From NCBI GenBank assembly GCA_038248345.1, contig JBBRXO010000027.1:1-25734 (forward strand): a DNA stretch of 25,734 nt. The letters are read 5' to 3'. Positions 19,010 through 25,734 of this stretch are shown here, in pieces. Each line of letters starts with the position of its first letter. The stretch's first letter is position 1. Origin of the DNA: Armatimonadota bacterium (GTDB taxonomy: Bacteria; Armatimonadota; Hebobacteria; CAIYQO01). The notes beneath the pieces are model-generated. The model was not told the origin of the DNA, ran no database searches, and saw only the letters and a list, made by a program, of their open reading frames with translations. The position numbers and the translations under genes were made by a program.

Positions 19010-19957
19010 TCATATCCCCTCTGTCTCATCCACAATATACAGCGGCCTTCGGCGGACTTCGTCGTAAATGCGGCCCAGGTAGTCGCCGATGATGCCCAGA
19101 CTGATCAGTTGTATAGCGCCGAGGAAAAGGATGACGGACATGGTGCTAGCCCAGCCGGAGACGACACTACGCGATAAAGCCTTCTCCACGAGCACCCAAA
19201 TTATCAGCACAAAGGCCACGATAGCCGTGAAAAAACCGAGGTAGGTTGCTAATTCCAGTGGCACGCGCGAGAAGGAATATATCCCGTCTTTGGCCAGCTT
19301 CACCATCTTGCGCAGCGGGTATTTCGTTTCGCCCGCAGCGCGCGGGGCGCGGTCGTAGCCTACGCCAATCTGGCGAAAACCCACCCAGCAGACCATGCCG
19401 CGCAGGAAACGGTGCCGCTCGCGCATACTGCTCACTGCTTTCAGTGCGCGGCGACCGATTAAACGAAAATTGCCGGTGTCCACCGGCAGGTCGATGCTGG
19501 TCACTGCGCGCATCAACCGGTAATACCACGAGGCGGTGATCTTTTTGAAACCCGTCTCACCCGCGCGGTCAGTGCGTTGCGCGTACACTACTTCATATCC
19601 TTCGCGCCACTTCGCTACTAGGTCGGGGATCACCTCCGGCGGATCCTGCAGATCAGCATCCATGATGATCGTCGCCTGCCCCGAGGCATGATCTAACCCG
19701 GCGATGACGGCGATTTCATGCCCGAAATTCCGCGCGAAATTTATAATCTTCACCCGCGGATCGCGACGACGCATTTCATGTAAAATCAGCGGCGTCTGAT
19801 CGGAGCTGCCATCATTGATGAAGATAATCTCGCTCTCACCTGCCAGCGTATCCAGCACCTTCGTCAGCCGGTCATAGAAATGCGGCAACACTTCCTCTTC
19901 GTTAAATACGGCAACGACGACCGAATAAGTACAAGCTTCTGTGATATTTGCTGTCAT
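19010..19957 (-). CDS. GT2 glycosyltransferase, GtrB/ArnC/YkoT-like (polyprenyl-phosphate glycosyltransferase)
   Basis: SVVVAVFNEE, INDGSSD, FARNFGHE, MDADLQDPP, DTGNFRL, two C-terminal TM helices, GIIGDYLGRIYDEVRRRPLYIV. Confidence 0.92.
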   Translation of the reverse strand: MTANITEACTYSVVVAVFNEEEVLPHFYDRLTKVLDTLAGESEIIFINDGSSDQTPLILHEMRRRDPRVKIINFARNFGHEIAVIAGLDHASGQATIIMDADLQDPPEVIPDLVAKWREGYEVVYAQRTDRAGETGFKKITASWYYRLMRAVTSIDLPVDTGNFRLIGRRALKAVSSMRERHRFLRGMVCWVGFRQIGVGYDRAPRAAGETKYPLRKMVKLAKDGIYSFSRVPLELATYLGFFTAIVAFVLIIWVLVEKALSRSVVSGWASTMSVILFLGAIQLISLGIIGDYLGRIYDEVRRRPLYIVDETEGI

Positions 19958-20068
19958 GTTTATGTCCATCCGGGATAATAAGATGAAAGAATTATACCAC
20001 GCCAAGGGATGTTATGGAATTTGTCGATGTTTCCACAGGAATCAGATCAACATCCACAGATGCCACAC

Positions 20069-20102
20069 AAAAAGCGGGCAGACCATCCGGCCTACCCGCT
20101 TT
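20069..20102 (-). terminator. Intrinsic terminator of the prepilin-like gene
   Basis: Minus strand reads aaagcgggtaggcc-ggat-ggtctgcccgc-ttttt; both + strand mismatches become G-U pairs on the minus strand. Confidence 0.75.
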
Positions 20103-20127
20103 ATTAAGTCCTGACTGTGTGAAAAGC

Positions 20128-21579
20128 CTATGGTCTACTGTTGAAGTAGAGTGGCTGGCCGGCCAAGCCAGAGAATACCAGCTTCAACTTCATACCGCCT
20201 GGCTCACCGCCAACGCCCACATCCGTCATGGTAGCGTTCGTAATTTTTACGACAATCATATGTACGCCAGCGGGGATCGGTGTAGCATAAACTATCGGAT
20301 CCGTTGCAACCACCGCATGGACTGGATCTGCTTCGTGTTTCGCTATCAGGTTTCCATCCATCCACAACTCCGCCTGGTCATCTACTAACCATGACATCAT
20401 TGGGGTAGCGATGGGAGAAGCGTTAAACATGTATGTCACTGCATAGGTCGTTTTGCCGAAGAACTTACAGTTGTAGTTCTTTGGATTCATCAACCCAAGG
20501 AGTCCGGTTCCGTTCGCCCCGGTTGGACTACTGATATCAACATTGGTCCAACTGTTGAATACATGCGGCAATTCAGGATACAGCGCTGGTGTTTGCAAGT
20601 CGCTGAAATAGGTGCTCGAATAGACTGTTGCTGTCGGGATAACTCTTAATTTATCGAATTCACCTTGGGAAACTCGAATACAAGATTTGATGTTCTCTAA
20701 AGGATCGGCCATCGTCGGCTGTGCGATGGGCGGGAAAGATGACCCGTTAGGATTTTGAATATCAGTAAAATTACCGCCTACCGAAGAGATCGTTGGGGCG
20801 AAGATGTTATATTGCCCGGGCGCTTCATCACCAGGACGTGGCGCTTCATCGGCACGCACGCGCATGAAAGGCTTCTCGCCGATGTAATCAATCGCCAACA
20901 GCGCCTTACTCTTTAACGTTTGGTTACCATCGCCATATGGCCCGGCGATAATGAAGTCATCTTTGATATCTTCACCATCCAGGCGGATTTTATAGTTTAC
21001 GGGAACAGGAGCCGTCAAGGTCGCTACTGCACCAGTGCCGTTAACCACTTCTTTAGGCAGTGCCGGGAAATTGCCCACCGGGAACTGACCGCCGGAATTG
21101 GCCAGATCATCATATGATTTGATCGCTTTCGCGTGGCCATCTAAGAAGCCTATCACCCCACCGCCACCATGACGGCTGAAGTCAGGCTCGATGCCGACGT
21201 TTGATCCGGTAGAATCGAATACGGCAACAATATGCACTTCGTTAATTACGGTTCCATCGACGATTCCAGGCAGATAGCCGTTCATCGCATAGCCGATATT
21301 CTCAGTAGGGCGATTCGGGCAGACCAGTATCTTCGGGCTTAATCCCATCGAAGGATCCGTCGTCCAGTCCAGCCCAGGATATTTCTTGTTCTCACTACGA
21401 TAAATCTGAATGGCTAACGTCAACTGCTTGACGTTGCTAATACAAGTAATTTCCCGTGCTTTGGCTCGCGCTTGCGAAAACACTGGAAACAAGATACTCG
21501 CCAAAATGGCGATAATTGCGATCACCACGAGTAACTCAATGAGGGTAAACCCGCGTGACGACTTAGTAGCTATTTTCAT
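20128..21579 (-). CDS. Prepilin-type N-methylation / DUF1559-like protein with an internal H-X9-DG motif and a long C-terminal extension
   Basis: [58 protein letters not shown] near residues 135-150; about 330 further residues. Confidence 0.88.
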   Translation of the reverse strand: MKIATKSSRGFTLIELLVVIAIIAILASILFPVFSQARAKAREITCISNVKQLTLAIQIYRSENKKYPGLDWTTDPSMGLSPKILVCPNRPTENIGYAMNGYLPGIVDGTVINEVHIVAVFDSTGSNVGIEPDFSRHGGGGVIGFLDGHAKAIKSYDDLANSGGQFPVGNFPALPKEVVNGTGAVATLTAPVPVNYKIRLDGEDIKDDFIIAGPYGDGNQTLKSKALLAIDYIGEKPFMRVRADEAPRPGDEAPGQYNIFAPTISSVGGNFTDIQNPNGSSFPPIAQPTMADPLENIKSCIRVSQGEFDKLRVIPTATVYSSTYFSDLQTPALYPELPHVFNSWTNVDISSPTGANGTGLLGLMNPKNYNCKFFGKTTYAVTYMFNASPIATPMMSWLVDDQAELWMDGNLIAKHEADPVHAVVATDPIVYATPIPAGVHMIVVKITNATMTDVGVGGEPGGMKLKLVFSGLAGQPLYFNSRP

Positions 21580-21793
21580 ATTTCTTTCTCCTTCTCAAAG
21601 TTACATGGTGATGCATGTATACTGCATGATATTTGCACTACAAATCATTAGACGGCAAACTGGCATAAAAAGTTTCATCTTTCAGCAAAAATATTTCGAC
21701 CATGTGCCGAATTGTGTGATAAATATAGAATAGTCGGGGCTTGCCCTCACCTTTTCCTACTTGCGCGGCGTTATAAAATCCCAAACCAGCACC

Positions 21794-22429
21794 TCATTTC
21801 AGATACTTGTTCAACTCCTCAACGAGCAAGAAGACCGTGGTACTGGGGTTGTCGTTCGCCGGGGAAGATGTGTGCATACCGTAGAGCCGCTGAGCATGAC
21901 GAATCGCCTGTGGTTGCATGTCGAGCAGTGTCTCATACATGCCAGCGCTATTCTTCTCATACTTTTTGCCCAGTTTATCCGTCAATTTCGTGATGTATTG
22001 GTCGCGGTGCAGGGCGGCATCGTAGTACCCGAAGTGCAGCAAATACCAGAGTTCAAACGCTTGATTGGAATAGGCGACATGGAATCCGTAATTCTTAGCC
22101 TTTTCAATAGCGTTATTGAAATCTTCTGCGGGGAAGTCATCTTTGTCGAAGACGCACCAAACCTGGTCGGTATATTCATCGGATCCATGTTCTTGCAGCA
22201 GTTCCTCGGCACGTTCAACGAGACTGAGCGTATTGTAACCTTCACCAATTATTACTATATCCTTTGACGGAACCGGAAAGCATTTGAAGTATCCCGGCTC
22301 CGTTCGTTCGCCCTCACAGATGATGAGAAACCGGGTACGAGCAGGAGTAACATCCACCCGCCGTCCCCGGAGTCCCCGCGCATTTCGCTCATTACTCCTT
22401 GATTTCGGCATCAGATTTCTCCTCATCAA
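21794..22429 (-). CDS. rloB: RloB-like protein
   Basis: FLIICEGERTEPGYF, VWCVFDKD, SNQAFELWYLLHF, NPSTTVFLLVEEL; overlaps the 3' end of the ATPase gene. Confidence 0.88.
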   Translation of the reverse strand: MMRRNLMPKSRSNERNARGLRGRRVDVTPARTRFLIICEGERTEPGYFKCFPVPSKDIVIIGEGYNTLSLVERAEELLQEHGSDEYTDQVWCVFDKDDFPAEDFNNAIEKAKNYGFHVAYSNQAFELWYLLHFGYYDAALHRDQYITKLTDKLGKKYEKNSAGMYETLLDMQPQAIRHAQRLYGMHTSSPANDNPSTTVFLLVEELNKYLK

Positions 22430-23654
22430 GGATATCTTCTACGATGGCGCTCAAATTGCCGACAAATGGGATCGCCCCGTATTTGCCGGTGATATAGTCA
22501 TTTTCAAAGGAAGCGTCGTTCCTCACTTTCAGTTCAGCTAGCGAGTACAAATGCGAGTTGCACCGCTTGTCTTTCTCCACAAACCATATCTGATCGCGAC
22601 GTAGCAAGTCCTTATTTAGCAGATTAGTATCATGTGTAAGAAAGACGAGCTGCGCATGATGAGGATTGTTTGTCTTTGAATTGAAGAGCTGCACGATCCC
22701 CTTCGTTATCTTCGGATGCAAGCGGGCATCAAATTCATCAATCACCAGCACACTGCCGTCTCGGAGAGCCTGAATTATTAACGCCGCCAGCGAGAACAGT
22801 TTCTTCGTACCCTCGGATTCATGCTTATCCAGATCAAAATCGCGATATTCGGCGATACTACCATCTTCTGTGAAGATAGGGTGTTTTGACATTATCTGGA
22901 GCGTATTGTATTCAGATTCGCTCTCAATAATTGAAATATCGTGAATATCTGTATCAAATCCCTTCAGCAGTCTAACTACATCTTTAGAATTTTCATCTAA
23001 AACTGATATGATTGAAGCCATTTTTAGAGAATCAGTCTCAAATTCATCAATACCAGTAATCACACGTATTTTTTTTGCCCAATGCAATATCAGCTTCGCC
23101 AGTTCTCCATTAAACTGCGCCACGACAGACAAGAAAAGTGCGTTCTCCCGTGTTTTATCCGCAATCCTTTTGCCCTCGGAAAACACCTTGGATAGAATGC
23201 GGATTTCCTGGCCAGTTCGCTCAAAAAGTGGCTTCTCCGACTTTATCGGTACATAGTACAGCCACTCTCGTTCGACGCGGGTAGCGCTTACTTCATAGCC
23301 ATAACGATACTGCCGCCCCTCTGCGATGAAAATTATCTCGAACTCACTCGGTTCAAAGGGGGTTTTGATATCCAGTGCAAAAGGCTCCGTCGGAATCGGC
23401 TCCCCTGCCTGGGTATCTTTTGATGAGGTCAGCATGAAGTTGCGCATGAAGTCCATGGCACGCACCAGGTTGCTCTTGCCGCTGGCATTAGCCCCGTAGA
23501 TGGCCGTGCTGGTGAGCAAGCGCAGCCCCTGCGCGTCAAAGATGGCGTTTTCGTCCAATTCTCTGTCACGCGAGGTGAGCGATGTCGCCTCCATACTAAG
23601 GGTTGCGCGCTCCATAAATGACCGAAAGTTGCGCACACTGAATTCTATTAGCAT
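22392..23654 (-). CDS. rloA: RloA-like AAA/ABC ATPase (AAA_21/AbiEii-type)
   Basis: MLIEFSVRNFRSF, Walker A GANASGKSN, ESEGTKKL, Walker B VLVIDEFD..LHP, QLVFLTHD, LRRDQIWFVEK, YITGKYGAIP. Confidence 0.88.
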   Translation of the reverse strand: MLIEFSVRNFRSFMERATLSMEATSLTSRDRELDENAIFDAQGLRLLTSTAIYGANASGKSNLVRAMDFMRNFMLTSSKDTQAGEPIPTEPFALDIKTPFEPSEFEIIFIAEGRQYRYGYEVSATRVEREWLYYVPIKSEKPLFERTGQEIRILSKVFSEGKRIADKTRENALFLSVVAQFNGELAKLILHWAKKIRVITGIDEFETDSLKMASIISVLDENSKDVVRLLKGFDTDIHDISIIESESEYNTLQIMSKHPIFTEDGSIAEYRDFDLDKHESEGTKKLFSLAALIIQALRDGSVLVIDEFDARLHPKITKGIVQLFNSKTNNPHHAQLVFLTHDTNLLNKDLLRRDQIWFVEKDKRCNSHLYSLAELKVRNDASFENDYITGKYGAIPFVGNLSAIVEDILDEEKSDAEIKE

Positions 23655-23690
23655 AATACTGCCTCAATTGAAAGTAACAAATACAGAGGT

Positions 23691-23762
23691 ATTATACCAC
23701 TATTGCCACAAAACACACCACTATTTGTGGAATATTCACAAATAGTGGTGTTTTTGTGGCAA
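23691..23762 (-). promoter_or_regulatory. rloAB promoter (extended -10) with a long inverted repeat over the -35 region
   Basis: TGGTATAAT on the minus strand at 23699-23691. Arms 23703-23729 and 23737-23762 pair over 26 bp with one bulged base and a 7-nt spacer. Confidence 0.65.
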
Positions 23763-23786
23763 AATTATGCTGGTACTTCAATCCCA

Positions 23787-23882
23787 GTAGGGGCACATGG
23801 CATGTGCCCTCGAAACTGGGTATGGAATACATGACCAATTTAAGGTATGGTTATGAGGTGGGCACAAGCCTTGTGCCCCTAC
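23787..23882. repeat. Inverted pair of GTAG-type REPs (REPIN-like)
   Basis: gtaggggcacatg-g-catgtgccct (23787-23810) and gggcacaag-c-cttgtgcccctac (23860-23882), with GTAG/CTAC at the outer ends. Confidence 0.75.
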
Positions 23883-23907
23883 AATCGTATTGCGGGCAAA
23901 GCCCAAA

Positions 23908-25389
23908 TTACGTACTTGGAACAATCCACCCCCAAACCAGCTCCTCTCCCCCCCCTATCTCACGCGTGGTATACCATTCCGGGTCGATGTCATGCTCGCG
24001 GAAGGCGGTGCGCCAGGCGGCGGGGGTGTCGGGGGCGGCGGATATGTCGAGCAGCGCGGGGGCCAGGCGGCGGTCGCCACGCGCCAGTACTCCTTGCCAG
24101 GCAGCCCAGCGCGCGCTCTCGTGCGTGTAATCCAGCCGGCCACGCAGGGCGCGGGTGATGCTGGTCAGCTTGCGGCGGTTCTCTTTCTCCGGTGCCATGG
24201 CCGCACGAGCGAAGGGCGTGCCAGGTTTGGCGACGAAGGCGCTGCACCCCAGGCTCACCCGGGCGCCGGTCTCCTTCGCCAGTCGCAACGCTAACTCCGG
24301 GATAGCGGCCACGTCCTCCTCGGTCTCGCCGGGCAGGCCGATGATAAAGTACAGTTTGACGTGGTTGATGCCCGCCGCGCACGCCCGGTTCACCGCGGCG
24401 AAGAGCGACTCGTCCGTCATCTGCTTGCCTACGTTGCGCCGCAACTCCTCGCGTCCGGTCTCCGGCGCTAGCGTGACACTACGGGTACCGCCGGCGGCCA
24501 ACAACGCCAGCAGCTCGGGGGTGAGGGCGTCGGCACGCATGGAGGCGGGGGATGGCTCGCCCCCCAGCCGCAGAATCTCCTCACACAAGGGGATGATCTG
24601 CGGGTGATCGGTGACCGACGCGCCGATGAGTCCCACGCGTTTGCGCTGCAGCAACCCGCGCTCGATCACCGGCAGCATTGATTCAATACTGCGCCAGCGT
24701 GCCGGGCGGTAGCAGTGGCTGGCGACGCAGAAACGGCAGCCGTAGGGGCAGCCGCGCCCCACTTCGATGAGGGTCATGTTGCCGAACTCGCAGTGCGGGG
24801 AGTATACCTGCGTGAACGCCTGGTGCACGCTGAGGTCGTCCACCCGCTGCCGTGTGACCGGGCCGGGCGCGGCGGGCACGTATACACCCGGCAATCCCTC
24901 CGGTGAACGCCCGGCTAGCAGCGCGTCAAAGAGCGGCCCCAGCGCCTCCTCCGCCTCGCCCACCAGTACGGCATCGAGGAAAGGGGCCAGCGGCTCCGGG
25001 TTGTAGCTCATCGTCGCGCCACCGGCGATCACCAGCGGCCCGCGTCGGTCGGCGGCGTAGGGGGTGATGCCCGCCGCGCGCAACACGCGTAGCACGTTGG
25101 GGTAGTCCAGCTCGAAGGAGATCGAGAAGGCGATGACATCCATCTCGCCCAGCGGCGTGTCACTTTCAAAAGTGCGCCCGGGCGTGCCGCTATTCAGAAA
25201 AACGCGCTCGCAGACGACATCCTCGCGCTCGTTCAGCAGCCGGTATATCGTCTGGAAACCCAGGTTGGCCATGCCCACGGCGTAGCTGTGGGGGTAGCAA
25301 AGCGCCACCCGCTTCCGCCCGGCCACCTCCCGGTCAAACGCCCCCACCTCATCGCGCAATAATTCCGCCCGTGTAAATAGTTTCTTCAC
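23908..25389 (-). CDS. Radical SAM protein with an N-terminal B12-binding-like domain (TIGR03960-related)
   Basis: RVALCYPHSYAVGMANLGFQTIY, CERVF, AFSISFELDY, NPEPLAPF.D..LVGEAEE, EVGRGCPYGCRFC, TLAPETG, KLYFIIGLPGE. The GTG 25389 start is tentative (ORF track starts at 25425). Confidence 0.85.
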   Translation of the reverse strand: MKKLFTRAELLRDEVGAFDREVAGRKRVALCYPHSYAVGMANLGFQTIYRLLNEREDVVCERVFLNSGTPGRTFESDTPLGEMDVIAFSISFELDYPNVLRVLRAAGITPYAADRRGPLVIAGGATMSYNPEPLAPFLDAVLVGEAEEALGPLFDALLAGRSPEGLPGVYVPAAPGPVTRQRVDDLSVHQAFTQVYSPHCEFGNMTLIEVGRGCPYGCRFCVASHCYRPARWRSIESMLPVIERGLLQRKRVGLIGASVTDHPQIIPLCEEILRLGGEPSPASMRADALTPELLALLAAGGTRSVTLAPETGREELRRNVGKQMTDESLFAAVNRACAAGINHVKLYFIIGLPGETEEDVAAIPELALRLAKETGARVSLGCSAFVAKPGTPFARAAMAPEKENRRKLTSITRALRGRLDYTHESARWAAWQGVLARGDRRLAPALLDISAAPDTPAAWRTAFREHDIDPEWYTTREIGGGEELVWGWIVPST

Positions 25390-25501
25390 TTGGCAAGTAT
25401 AGCTTTTTTCATAACAAACACACAAAAAATGGCTACAATGTGGATCATAAGGGTATCAATGTTAGTCCCTTACCAGTTATATTCTGAACAACTTGTTGAG
25501 A

Positions 25502-25538
25502 ATTATGTAGGGGCACAAGGCTTGTGCCCCTACATAAT
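25502..25538. repeat. Symmetric GTAG-type REP palindrome
   Basis: attatgtaggggcacaag-g-cttgtgcccctacataat: perfect 18-bp arms around a 1-nt centre. Confidence 0.8.
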
Positions 25539-25569
25539 GGGTTGAGGGCGAAGCCCACGTTATGGTGCA

Positions 25570-25734
25570 ATGATGAGCTTTGATCCTGCAGTTTTACGTG
25601 AATTAGGCGAATGGGCGGCGCGGGTGCCGGAGCAAGGACGACATGCTGGCCGCTTAGCAGCATCCCGAACAATACCAGGATCTGATCGTGCGCATCGGCG
25701 GGTACAGCGAGTATTTCAACCTCCTCGCGAAAGG
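25570..25734 (+). pseudogene. Remnant of a glycyl radical enzyme gene (C-terminal Gly-radical motif), running off the window
   Basis: Frame from 25631 reads SKDDMLAA*QHPEQYQDLIVRIGGYSEYFNLLAK (PFL-family signature). In-frame TAG at 25655-25657 and another upstream at 25604. Confidence 0.75.

Noticed and set aside
20030..20070. Repeated CCACA motifs as DnaA boxes
   Set aside because: At least two mismatches to TTATCCACA each, and no origin context.
23725..23741. Rex box at the centre of the rloAB palindrome (ttgtggaatattcacaa)
   Set aside because: It is 17 bp rather than 18 bp, and is explained by the larger inverted repeat.
23787..23900. CRISPR-like array
   Set aside because: The repeats are inverted and variable with no regular spacers or cas genes; they fit REPs.
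25655..25657. Amber readthrough (pyrrolysine or recoding)
   Set aside because: TAG is a normal stop for several genes here (9768, 12042, 18907), the fragment is also 5'-truncated, and no pyl genes are present in the window.

Overview
Bacterial chromosomal window of moderately high GC. Gene content (FPVF-type prepilin/DUF1559 protein, tandem small beta-barrel-like exported proteins, [FeFe]-hydrogenase) suggests an anaerobic diderm, possibly Armatimonadota; this is inference. In order, it holds: a Thermotoga-type trimeric NADH-dependent, probably electron-bifurcating [FeFe]-hydrogenase operon (hydCBA) with a Rex-like operator over its -35; a secreted VIT-vWA protein; a GH95 alpha-fucosidase; two paralogous exported proteins with duplicated promoter, structured leader and terminator; an orphan RsmH paralog; a YfaP-like lipoprotein; a frameshifted fkp; a phosphoglycosyl transferase; a GT2; a long prepilin/H-X9-DG protein; an RloA/RloB pair preceded by a 60-bp palindrome; a radical SAM gene; and a glycyl-radical-enzyme remnant. 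The least expected signals are non-coding. (i) A 198-bp foldback element with CAGG-type 22-bp TIRs and an internal four-way junction sits inside the terminator of paralog 2. (ii) A 317-bp MITE (17-bp TIRs, exact 6-bp TSD) has a second partial copy at the window start. (iii) GTAG-type REP palindromes show compensatory changes. No CRISPR array, tRNA, rRNA or autonomous transposase was seen.
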